Below are positions 1-8,898 of a stretch of DNA of 64,000 nt, piece after piece. The notes under the pieces are model-generated. The model was not told the DNA's origin. It saw only the letters and a program-made list of their open reading frames with translations, and ran no database searches. Positions within the stretch are counted from its first letter, which is position 1; the number at the start of each line of letters is the position of its first letter. The position numbers and the translations under genes were made by a program. The DNA is from Candidatus Bathyarchaeota archaeon (GTDB taxonomy: Archaea > Thermoproteota > Bathyarchaeia > Bathyarchaeales > Bathycorpusculaceae). The stretch covers positions 446,279 to 510,278 of the forward strand of contig CAVTBV010000012.1 of the NCBI GenBank assembly GCA_963733095.1, given 5' to 3'.

Positions 1-672
1 ACCTAAGCGTTCCACTACATCTTGAATGGCTTCAGCTTTCTGTTCCCCACCAACGGTTACAACATCCGTGAGGAACTTGCCCACGAACATCTTGGGAATT
101 AAGCTCCAGAAAATCTCATCCAGTCGCTGAATTATGGCTTGGTCGCGGCTTGAAAAATCCTCAATGGTTTTTGCATTTGAGGGAATTTCTATTAAGGGCA
201 TTTGTGCGATTTCTTGCGCTATCTCTCTCAGGTGCTCTTTCTCTTGGGGGGTTATGGGGCATTTGTCGAGTCTTACTTTGGTACAGTAGGTGTTTTTGTA
301 TGGGAAATCGACTGCTCTGCAGAAGGCTTTTATGTAGTGTTCGTAGCTGGTGCTGACGATGAAAGAGTCAGCTATGGCTTGCACATGGTGGAGTGTGGCT
401 TGGCTGTTGGCGATTAGAACGATGTTTTTGGCTGAGAAGTCTTCAATTTGGCTGTCAGTCATGCTATAGGCTTTGAAGAAGGGCAAAATCAACTTGAGCG
501 TGCTGCCCGCGGAGTAACCAGGTTTCTTAAACGTATCTGCCAGTACATCATCGTAGAGGCTTATGTTTGTGAAGAATTTGTCTCCGTTTGGAATAAAGTT
601 CTCTGCCAATTCGAAGGCGTTATCGTTTTTGGATATGGGCCCTTCGCAGTCGGAGACGAAGACACGTTTCAA
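1..672 (-). CDS. HAD-superfamily hydrolase, EhaR-like (runs off window)
   Basis: Not in the ORF track. Manual translation from TTG at 672 gives MKRVFVSDCEGPISKNDNAFELA...STSYEHY...GGEQKAEAI (HAD-like DxEG motif I). The start overlaps the purD stop (TTGA). Confidence 0.8.
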   Translation of the reverse strand, partial: MKRVFVSDCEGPISKNDNAFELAENFIPNGDKFFTNISLYDDVLADTFKKPGYSAGSTLKLILPFFKAYSMTDSQIEDFSAKNIVLIANSQATLHHVQAIADSFIVSTSYEHYIKAFCRAVDFPYKNTYCTKVRLDKCPITPQEKEHLREIAQEIAQMPLIEIPSNAKTIEDFSSRDQAIIQRLDEIFWSLIPKMFVGKFLTDVVTVGGEQKAEAIQDVVERLG

Positions 673-2081
673 GACTTGCGCCTCAACTGATCCATATGGT
701 TGATGCTTTTTTGGATGTGTTGTTTTGAGGCAACGTCGGTGCGGTTCCAAAGTGCACCGCCTGTTATGGCTTTGGCGGCTTCTTGGCTGATTTGGCGGGC
801 TTCTTCGATGCTGTCGCCGATTCCGAGGATGCCGATGGCACGGGATTTGAGGGCATAGTTTTTGCCGTCGCGTAGTTCAATTGAGCCGGGGTAGAGGCGG
901 ATTTTGTCACCGTATTTTTTGGCTAACGCCTGTGCTTTTGTGAGGTCAACGGGTGTGTTGATTGTGGATTTGTCAACTTTGTTTGGGAACGTGTCGGCGT
1001 AACTGCCGTAGTCTGCGGGAACTTTGTATGTTAAAACTGTCGCCGACTTCTCCATCATGACACCAGTTAGGTTGCCGTTCACCATGTTTAAGCAGACATC
1101 TACAAAGTCGTCTTTAACGATTGGAAGAAGGTTCATTATTTCTGGATCACCGGGGCGGCTGTTGATTTCGAGGATTTTAATGCCTTTGCCAGTATGCATA
1201 AACGCAAGGTATAATGGGACGCCTCGGAGAGCTGAGTCATCGCTGATTTTTGCTCTCCAACCCGCGAAAACCTTGTTGGCTAACGCAAGCTCCTGTTCCC
1301 GCTCTGCAGCGGTCAAAAACGGCAACCAATCAACAACATCCTTGTAAGAACCCATGCCCCCCGTGTTTGGACCATGGTCGTCGTCAAAAGCGCGTTTGTA
1401 ATCGCGCGTGTCTGGAAGAGGAATGAAATGTTTGCCGTCGCAGAAGCCCATGCAGCTGGATTCTTCACCGTCGATTTTTTCTTCTATAAGAACCGAGCCA
1501 TACTTGAAGTTGGACAAGAAATGTTCAAACAGCTGTTCACGGTTTGCAAAGTGGTCGCCCCAGACACCAACACCTTTTCCTAAGGCAGGCTTATCTGGTT
1601 TAACGACGGCTTGGTTGTTAAGTTCATCGAGCCATTGGTAAACAGCCTTCTGAACATCCTTGCCCTTGTAATCAGCGGGATGGAAAATCTTGAAGCGTGG
1701 GTTTGCTTCTGGAGCAATCTCGTCAAAGAGCACTCGTTGAGCAATCTTGCTCTCTTCAATAGCATACTCTTTAGTAGGACAAATTACAGGTATGCCCGTT
1801 TGTTTCTCGATTAGGTCGCGTAAGCCCTCGATTATGGGTTTTTCAGAGCCAACCATGACAAAGTCGAGTTTGTCTTTGTTTTCTTGGGCAAATTTGCAGA
1901 TTTCATTGATATCGAGATTTGGAATTACTTTGTGTTTTGTGGCTTTTTCAGCGTTGAAAGGGTTGCATTGTTTGTCGGCGACGTAGAGGTCCACGTGGTA
2001 TCTTCTGCTTCTTAGAAGGGCATCTGCCATGGCGACTTCTCTTGCGCCGTAAGAAACCAGTAGCACACCTATCTTTTCCAT
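669..2081 (-). CDS. purD: phosphoribosylamine-glycine ligase (archaeal type)
   Basis: GAREVA, EESK, KGV, DYKRAFDDDHGPNTGGMGS and EINSRPGDPE motifs. Confidence 0.95.
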   Translation of the reverse strand: MEKIGVLLVSYGAREVAMADALLRSRRYHVDLYVADKQCNPFNAEKATKHKVIPNLDINEICKFAQENKDKLDFVMVGSEKPIIEGLRDLIEKQTGIPVICPTKEYAIEESKIAQRVLFDEIAPEANPRFKIFHPADYKGKDVQKAVYQWLDELNNQAVVKPDKPALGKGVGVWGDHFANREQLFEHFLSNFKYGSVLIEEKIDGEESSCMGFCDGKHFIPLPDTRDYKRAFDDDHGPNTGGMGSYKDVVDWLPFLTAAEREQELALANKVFAGWRAKISDDSALRGVPLYLAFMHTGKGIKILEINSRPGDPEIMNLLPIVKDDFVDVCLNMVNGNLTGVMMEKSATVLTYKVPADYGSYADTFPNKVDKSTINTPVDLTKAQALAKKYGDKIRLYPGSIELRDGKNYALKSRAIGILGIGDSIEEARQISQEAAKAITGGALWNRTDVASKQHIQKSINHMDQLRRKS

Positions 2082-2130
2082 CGAGACACACCGTTAAGTG
2101 ACTAATCAGTGATGCAACACTTTATAGCGG

Positions 2131-3618
2131 TTACGGCTGAACTTCTTCAGATTCGTAAATTCTGTTTTTCTCCTCGTAGCCCTCAAGGAAACGTTTTTTC
2201 ATGACATCCGCCATTTTCTGCGCGCAAGACGTGGGGTATTTGCCAGTGACGCAGGCTGAGCAAAGTTGATTTTCTGTTTGCCCTGTGGCGTGAATCAAGC
2301 CTTCCAGCGATTGGTAGCATACTGCGTCTGCGCCAATGATTTTTGCGATTTCTTCAGGATTATTTCTGGAGCCGACAAGTTGCCCATATGTTGACATGTC
2401 GATGCCGTAGAAGCAGGGTCCGATGATACGTGGGAAAGTGACGAAGAGATATACTTTTTTGGCGCCTGCCTTGCGGAGCTTTTCTATAATGACCTTGGTT
2501 GTGTCGCCTCGAACGACGCTGTCTTCGGTTATTATGACTCGTTTGCCGGCAACTTTACTGCCTAATATGTTGATTTTTTTGTCGATAGTTGAGTAGCGTT
2601 CGTTGTTTAGCAGTATGAACGCGCGTTCGGTTACATAGCGGTGGCGTCTTGATGCACGTTCCCACCGTAAACCCGACTCTTCATGAACGCCCATGGCGGG
2701 GTCGTCGCCTGTTTCAGGCACTGACATAATGAGGTCGCTGTCCTTGACGATTTCGGGGAATTCTTTGACGAGGTTTCTGCCGAAGGCTTCACGGATTTCG
2801 TAGACATATTTGTCGTCAAAACGTGAGTCGGGCCTTGCAAAATAAGCATATTCAAAACAGCAGAAGGCTTCACGGGGTTTCTCTATGAGTTGGGTGCGTT
2901 TGAAGCCGTTTTCTGAAACCGTCACGAGTTCGCCAGGTTTTAACTCGAAATCTCTAACAAAACTGTTCATATCTAAGCTTACGGTTTCAGAGGAAAATGC
3001 AAAAGTTTTACTTTCAGGATCATGTCCAGCACAAAGTGGTTTTATGCCGTGTGAGTCCTTGAAGGCAAAAAATTGCCCATCGCCTGTTATGCCAGTTACG
3101 GAGAAGGCCCCATCTAAGCTTTCCATGACTGTTCGGGCTGCTGCTTCCAAGGTTTTACCTTGCTTTAACCCTAAAAGCATTTTGTGGCAAACGATGTCGG
3201 AGTCGCAGTTGTAGAGGAAATCCGAAAAGTTTTGATTTATTTCTTTTTTGAGCGGCAACGTGTTAACGATGTTGCCGTTAAAGGAGAGTGCAAGTTTTAT
3301 TCCATCGGTGGAACCGACGACGGGTTGCGTGCCGTCAATTATGGAGACGTCGTCGCATTTGCCTGAAGTTGTGTACCTTACGTTGCCGATACCTATGGAT
3401 CCGGGCAGACGTTTGAACCATTCGTTTATGACGTTTGTTTTTAGTCTTGGAACTAAATCCAAGGCTTTGTGGGTGAAAAACTCGTTATTGTTGCTTGTGA
3501 GGAAACCGTGTGACTGGTGTCCGCGGTGGTTTTGTGCGCGTAGTCCCCAGTAAACATATGGAAAAACTGGTTGTTTTTCATAATTTATTACGCCAAAGAT
3601 ACCGCAGCCTATTTTCAG
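2131..3618 (-). CDS. purF: amidophosphoribosyltransferase
   Basis: The frame extends 52 codons upstream of the ORF-track start and includes CGIFG and QNHRGHQSHG. Also NGN, FEYAYFARPDS, EDSVVRGDT and PCFYGID. Probable CTG start at 3618. Confidence 0.93.
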   Translation of the reverse strand: MKIGCGIFGVINYEKQPVFPYVYWGLRAQNHRGHQSHGFLTSNNNEFFTHKALDLVPRLKTNVINEWFKRLPGSIGIGNVRYTTSGKCDDVSIIDGTQPVVGSTDGIKLALSFNGNIVNTLPLKKEINQNFSDFLYNCDSDIVCHKMLLGLKQGKTLEAAARTVMESLDGAFSVTGITGDGQFFAFKDSHGIKPLCAGHDPESKTFAFSSETVSLDMNSFVRDFELKPGELVTVSENGFKRTQLIEKPREAFCCFEYAYFARPDSRFDDKYVYEIREAFGRNLVKEFPEIVKDSDLIMSVPETGDDPAMGVHEESGLRWERASRRHRYVTERAFILLNNERYSTIDKKINILGSKVAGKRVIITEDSVVRGDTTKVIIEKLRKAGAKKVYLFVTFPRIIGPCFYGIDMSTYGQLVGSRNNPEEIAKIIGADAVCYQSLEGLIHATGQTENQLCSACVTGKYPTSCAQKMADVMKKRFLEGYEEKNRIYESEEVQP

Positions 3619-3767
3619 TCCCTTCTAGCAGTAAATGCTCATGTATTGAAAGAAGGGGTTTATACGCTTTTAGTACAAATTTAAGTATAAACCATGGGTT
3701 TTTTGACATAATACAGATTAGCAGAAAAGGAGATGCAAAAATATAAGTCTAAAAATAAATAAACGAA

Positions 3768-4165
3768 CTATGGTTTTTGCATGTGCTCGAGCATGCCAAA
3801 GGTGTTGCCTTCAGGGTCAAGCGCCAGCGCCCACCAACCTAAGCCAGGAATCTCCATCTTTTGTTGGACAATTTTGCCGCCAACGCCTCAACTTTTTTGC
3901 TGCACTCTTCCAAAGACTCCAGAAATATAGTTTATCGGTTTAGCCATCTCGGAAATCGAAGCGTCCTTTTTCTCGTATAATCCACCATTAACACCGGGTC
4001 GCGTCGGCATCATGGTTTTCTCATCCACGGGAACCGTTCCCACAAGATAATAGGTCGTCGGTCCAGGATACTTATTCATCTTCCACCAAACAAATCCATA
4101 TAAAATTTCCTCAATTTCTCAATATCATCTGCGGGTATTTCAAAATGCACAATTGTATGATCCAC
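3768..4165 (-). pseudogene. VOC/glyoxalase family protein, two frameshifts
   Basis: Segments MDHTIVHFEIPADDIEKLRKFY..FG / KMNKYPG..GVNGGL..PINYI / ..KVEALGGKIV..EIPGLGWWALALDPEGNTFGM are joined by frameshifts. Confidence 0.8.
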
Positions 4166-4259
4166 CAAAAATCACCAATTCCGTGTAATTTAATGATCTA
4201 TAAAAGAATTACTTAATGATGAAAGTTAAAAATCAAAACAAAATAAGAAGAGGGATGGC

Positions 4260-5693
4260 TTACGGTTGCCATTTCTCTATGAGATACTTGGGTATCTCGC
4301 TGCTGTCGCGTGGTCCAACTTGGACTTTCCAGCCGCTGAGTTCTTCGATTTCGCCACTGATGCGTGAGGCTTTGCCTGGGATAATGATTTTGCGGTGTTT
4401 GACTTTGCTTTCTACTCCGCTGGCTTTGATTGCTTCTGCAACTTTTTCGGCTGTGAGTTTGCGTCCTGCAACTCCGCTGTCAATGGCTGAACCTTCGGTT
4501 TCGACGACGATTAGGTAGGCATTGAGTTTGTTGGCTTCGATGTCTGAGGCAACTGTGTAGTAGGTTAGGGCAAAGTTTGATGTGAAGAGAACTGGTGAGT
4601 TTTCGTCTGGGGTGCCGTAGACTTTGAGGCCTGGTGCAACTGCAACTGGTTTGCGTGGGTCAGTGTAGATGTTTTGGCGTAGTACGGTTGCTGGGAGCAG
4701 TGCCCATCCGTCGTTGCCGTGCATTACTAGTACGTCTGCGTAGCGGACAATTAGCATCGATGCAACGTATGCTTCGCGCCATTTGATAAGGTCGTCTGCT
4801 GTGTCGCCCTTGTCTACCCAAGCGACCATGGGGACACCGAGTAATGGGAAGCCTGCGAGTTCTTCGCCGCCTTTAGTTGTTGCTCGACGTAACATTGTAA
4901 AGTTGTTTATTGTGTCGGGCAACCCTTCGTTTATGAAGGTGCCTGGGTCAAGGACAATGTCAGATACACCGTATGCCAGCAGGGTTTTTGCGAGCGAAAC
5001 CAACGTGCTCAGGTCGTTTGGTGCAGATGCAACGATTGGGCAGTTGTACATCAATGCTAGTTCTGCCATGTCTTTCCAGTTGCTTGCGGTTGCTGCATAG
5101 AGCAGTGGGCGTGCTTTTGGTGCTGCCATTAAGCCTGCTTCAGCAATTGAGGGGTTTAAGGTGCACAAGATCATTGGTAATTGGGTTGTTTCTGAGACTT
5201 TCTTAACGCATGCTTTGAATTTGTCAGCGTCTTGGGATGTGCATCTGATTGCTATCATGTCGAGTTTTAGGGTGTTGCCGATGTATTCGAAGGTAAAGTT
5301 GTCTGTTTTTTGTACCCGTGAAACGATTTCTTGCTCGTTCATCTCGTCGGTTACGTCGATTGCGATGGCTGTTGGGTTCTTGTAAGTGAATTCGTGGCGG
5401 TACATTACGAGTTTGCCGCCGATTTTCTTTGCTTTGTCGCCAGCTCCAACAATGATTTCTTTGACTGCCGGTTTTAGGAGTTCCTTTAGTATGGCGTAGG
5501 ATTTTGCATTTTCCGGTTTCAGGAGTGGTTTGCAACTGTCGAGTTCCATTTCGCGGTTGACAATCTTGGTGGCAAATGCCATGCAGTTGTCGACGCCGCA
5601 TTCTTTGCAGTTGATTTTTGGCAAGGATTTGTAAATGGTTATGGGGCTGAGTTCTTTTAATCCGCCTTTTTTCTTTTCTGCCATTTGTGTCAT
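4260..5693 (-). CDS. cdhE: ACDS complex gamma subunit (CFeSP large subunit)
   Basis: LPKINCKECGVDNCMAFA, RQNIYTDPRKP, TSNFALTY and VGPRDSS motifs. Confidence 0.97.
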   Translation of the reverse strand: MTQMAEKKKGGLKELSPITIYKSLPKINCKECGVDNCMAFATKIVNREMELDSCKPLLKPENAKSYAILKELLKPAVKEIIVGAGDKAKKIGGKLVMYRHEFTYKNPTAIAIDVTDEMNEQEIVSRVQKTDNFTFEYIGNTLKLDMIAIRCTSQDADKFKACVKKVSETTQLPMILCTLNPSIAEAGLMAAPKARPLLYAATASNWKDMAELALMYNCPIVASAPNDLSTLVSLAKTLLAYGVSDIVLDPGTFINEGLPDTINNFTMLRRATTKGGEELAGFPLLGVPMVAWVDKGDTADDLIKWREAYVASMLIVRYADVLVMHGNDGWALLPATVLRQNIYTDPRKPVAVAPGLKVYGTPDENSPVLFTSNFALTYYTVASDIEANKLNAYLIVVETEGSAIDSGVAGRKLTAEKVAEAIKASGVESKVKHRKIIIPGKASRISGEIEELSGWKVQVGPRDSSEIPKYLIEKWQP

Positions 5694-5699
5694 GTCTCC

Positions 5700-6935
5700 T
5701 TAAGCTTTTACGTTAACCCAGTTTGCGTATTTTGCTGGGTCTGCTTTTTTGCCGCTTGTCAAGTAGTTTGTGACATCTTTTAGTGTTTTGACGGCTGCGG
5801 GATGCATCATCATGAATAGGTCAACGCCTGCAAGCAACAGGGTTATGGCTGTTGTTACTTCCCAGAGCGGACCTCTGAGTTCGCGTGGTTCCCATTCAGC
5901 GCCCATTTTGAGCCATGCTTCTCTTGCTGCCCAAGCGTTGGTTGTGCCAGACGACATTGGGTGTGCAAGCTCTGAATCGCCCATCAAGCCGCCCATTCTT
6001 GCGCGTTCCATGTTTGTGAATGCATAGTCTAATCCGTAGCCTAAGGCTGCGGTTGTCAAGTCCATAACGATGTCTTCTCTTGCGACGTAGTCGTAGAGGC
6101 GTCTGTTGAGTTCGCGTGCTAAGTTAAGGTCCATTGGTGTGAATGAGAGGATTGCGTGACCTGCTTTTTTGATGAATTTTGCACATTTTTCTACGTCCAT
6201 GTCTCGTGTTACTGAGCTGATTAGGAAGCGTTCGCCTGGGAATTGAGCGCATACTTCTTCGAAGACTGCTGTGTCTTTAACTGGGTCTCCGCATCCACCG
6301 ATGACTAGGGGTACGTCTACTGCTTGTAGGACTTTCTCGATTGTTTTACATGCGTCTTTTGGCGTTGCATCTTTGAGAAGTGGGTCAACGCTGATTAGGT
6401 GCATTGTAACCATGTCTGCGCCGAATTTTTCGACTGCAAGTTTTGCCCATGCGGCTGGGTCGCCGACGACGTCTTTTACGTGCATCTTAACGGCCTTTGA
6501 CAGAGGGATTTCCATGTCGAAAACGTCTAATGTAACGACTGGTTTGTGGGGCATAGGGTTCTCAAAAGTGTAGAAGGCAGGAGAGACTTCTCCGCCGATG
6601 GTTAGTGATCTTCCGCGTGTGCCGCCTTCGCTTTTTGTTGCACCGAGTTTTACTTCAGTGATTTTGTTTGGGTAGGTTTCGATTGGTGGTAGGAAAGCTG
6701 CTTGCAACATGCTGAGGGGTTTGCCGCCTGCGATTGCTGCTGGAAGCTTTATCTTGGGCATCAATTGACCTGCTGCGCCTGCTTCAAAGAGGATTTCCAG
6801 TTCTTTAACATCCATCTGGAAGTCTTCTATCTCGATTTGCTGGAATTTTGCGAGAGCTTCCATTAGCTCATCGCTTAGCTGTAGCCCTTCAGCGTCTTTC
6901 TTTTTGTCTGTGTCGTGGTGAGTCGTTGGAATCAC
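5700..6935 (-). CDS. cdhD: ACDS complex delta subunit (CFeSP small subunit)
   Basis: GGTRGRSLTIGGE, DLTTAALGYGLDY, NAWAAREAW and MMHP motifs. Confidence 0.96.
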   Translation of the reverse strand: MIPTTHHDTDKKKDAEGLQLSDELMEALAKFQQIEIEDFQMDVKELEILFEAGAAGQLMPKIKLPAAIAGGKPLSMLQAAFLPPIETYPNKITEVKLGATKSEGGTRGRSLTIGGEVSPAFYTFENPMPHKPVVTLDVFDMEIPLSKAVKMHVKDVVGDPAAWAKLAVEKFGADMVTMHLISVDPLLKDATPKDACKTIEKVLQAVDVPLVIGGCGDPVKDTAVFEEVCAQFPGERFLISSVTRDMDVEKCAKFIKKAGHAILSFTPMDLNLARELNRRLYDYVAREDIVMDLTTAALGYGLDYAFTNMERARMGGLMGDSELAHPMSSGTTNAWAAREAWLKMGAEWEPRELRGPLWEVTTAITLLLAGVDLFMMMHPAAVKTLKDVTNYLTSGKKADPAKYANWVNVKA

Positions 6936-8350
6936 CGTTTGTCTTTGTTGTCTTTGACGGTTTGGATGATGACTTTGTTTGCGTAGATCTTTGCGTCTTT
7001 AAGGATGATCTTAAATCCGCCTGCCATGATGGGCAGTGATCCGGCTGTTGCCACTGGCATCATGGTGCCTGCTGCTTCTTCGTTAACTGTTATGGTTTGA
7101 GCTTCTTGGGCTGGTGCTGCTTCTGCTTCCCATCTTGCGACGACTGGGTGGTTCTTTGCCTTTAGGAACGCTTTGAGTTCATCAACGTTCTTTGCATCTT
7201 CTTCTGTAGCGATTTTGTCAACGATATCTTTAGGTATGAAGTCTTTGACTTTTTCTTTGACTTCTTTAGGTACCCAAACGATGCGGTTCCATCCACCGTC
7301 TGCTGCGAAGAATTTCGAGCTTCGCATGTATTCGATGGACATTCCGTGGAATCCGTCAATTTGCCGTCCGCCTGCCGCTGAGTCTGCTAAGGTGCTGAAG
7401 GGCAATCCGTTTACGGCTGCGCCTTTAAAGTTTCTTTGCACAACGCCTAATCCGTCAACTTCTGGGATGTAGAAGGTTACTGCTTCGAAGCATCCGCATG
7501 AAGTGTGTGGGTGGTCAAAGGCTGTGTATAGCCAGACTTGGTTGACTTCGCCCATGCTGCGTTTCTTGGCTGCTTCGTTAACTCCGCTGAATTCGCCTTT
7601 CTCTGCGTTAATTATTTCGCCTCTTGGAATTGCGAAGACTGGACCTTTCGGGTCTATACTTGCTGAGGCTTTGCCATCAAACCAGCTGATTGCGCCGCAG
7701 TTGCTGTATCTTTGTGGTGTGATAACACAGACGTGGCTTGGTGCGAATGATTGGCAGAGTGCACATCCGTAGAATGTGTCGACTTCTGAGTCTTTGAGGC
7801 CTCTGGCTTTTGCGTCGCGTGATTCGTATGCTTGGATTGCTTCAGGAGTCATTTCGTCTAGTTTTGCTGGGTCGGTTACGAAGGTAATTTGTACTTTCTC
7901 AATGATGGGCAATTCGCTCTTGAAGAGTCGGTAGAGAACTTTGCCGATTGAGTCAAAGCTGTTTAAGCCTTTTTGGAAGGATTTCTTGCCTATGCGTATC
8001 CAAATGTCATAGCGCTGGTTTAAGTGCATGAAGCCTTCGATGTAGTTTAGGTAGCCGTGGATGCGTCTTTCAATGACACCTTCAAGGCCTGCGTCGAGTT
8101 TTGCGCCTGCAGCTTCAACGAGTATTCCGAATGGGTATGCGCCGCCTTCTTTCATGTCTTTTAGGTCTGGACCGATGATGGTGATTTTTCCATCGTCGAT
8201 TTCATTCATGGGTTTTACTTTTGCGAGTTCAAATTTTTGTTTGACTGTGGGTCCGCCGAGTTCTACTTGCATGTCGTTTCTTCGGATACGTTCTCCTTCG
8301 TAGATTACGCCAACTTCAACAGGGATATCTTTAAACATTGACATTTTCAA
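6932..8350 (-). CDS. cdhC: ACDS complex beta subunit (acetyl-CoA synthase)
   Basis: GERIRR, ELGGP, FYGCALCQSFAPSHVC and HTSCGCFE (A-cluster ligands). Confidence 0.97.
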   Translation of the reverse strand: MKMSMFKDIPVEVGVIYEGERIRRNDMQVELGGPTVKQKFELAKVKPMNEIDDGKITIIGPDLKDMKEGGAYPFGILVEAAGAKLDAGLEGVIERRIHGYLNYIEGFMHLNQRYDIWIRIGKKSFQKGLNSFDSIGKVLYRLFKSELPIIEKVQITFVTDPAKLDEMTPEAIQAYESRDAKARGLKDSEVDTFYGCALCQSFAPSHVCVITPQRYSNCGAISWFDGKASASIDPKGPVFAIPRGEIINAEKGEFSGVNEAAKKRSMGEVNQVWLYTAFDHPHTSCGCFEAVTFYIPEVDGLGVVQRNFKGAAVNGLPFSTLADSAAGGRQIDGFHGMSIEYMRSSKFFAADGGWNRIVWVPKEVKEKVKDFIPKDIVDKIATEEDAKNVDELKAFLKAKNHPVVARWEAEAAPAQEAQTITVNEEAAGTMMPVATAGSLPIMAGGFKIILKDAKIYANKVIIQTVKDNKDKR

Positions 8351-8892
8351 TTTCCTCCATTTTCAAATTTTGAGGTCATTACTTTGAGGTTTGCAGCCCA
8401 CTCTTCGAGGGTTGCGTTTGGGAAAGACCAGCTTGCATGCGGATGGAATAGGTTGTCGAGGGTCATTGTTTTTAGATCTTGTGCAAAGTGTTTGAATCCT
8501 GAGAGCATCAACGATTCCATGTAGTAGGGTAACCCGACCAAAAGAATTAGGTCAGGGTGCCCTTTGCCGTCGAGTCCTTGCCAAGCGGGGTCAACAATTC
8601 TTTGCCCAATGTCCATTGCACCCATGAAGCTTGCTGGTTGATATCCTCGCTTGAGGAATTCACCAACCATATGGGCTGTAGCCACTACTGGTACTTTGGA
8701 GGCGTTAGCGAAATCAATCATGTAATCGATCAGCTGTTTGCCTTCCATGTACCTTTCAGTGGCGTTGCTTCCCACTATGAGAAGGGGGCGTTGGGCTTTT
8801 TTGATCATTGCTACTGCTATCTCGGGTTTAGTTATGGGGTTTGCTTTTTTGGTGGCAGCTATTTCTGCACATTGCCATGGTTCACAGGACAT
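8347..8892 (-). CDS. cdhB: ACDS complex epsilon subunit
   Basis: KKAQRPLLIVG, WQGLDGKG and HPHASWSFPN; lies between cdhA and cdhC. Confidence 0.93.
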   Translation of the reverse strand: MSCEPWQCAEIAATKKANPITKPEIAVAMIKKAQRPLLIVGSNATERYMEGKQLIDYMIDFANASKVPVVATAHMVGEFLKRGYQPASFMGAMDIGQRIVDPAWQGLDGKGHPDLILLVGLPYYMESLMLSGFKHFAQDLKTMTLDNLFHPHASWSFPNATLEEWAANLKVMTSKFENGGN

Positions 8893-8898
8893 GTCGTA

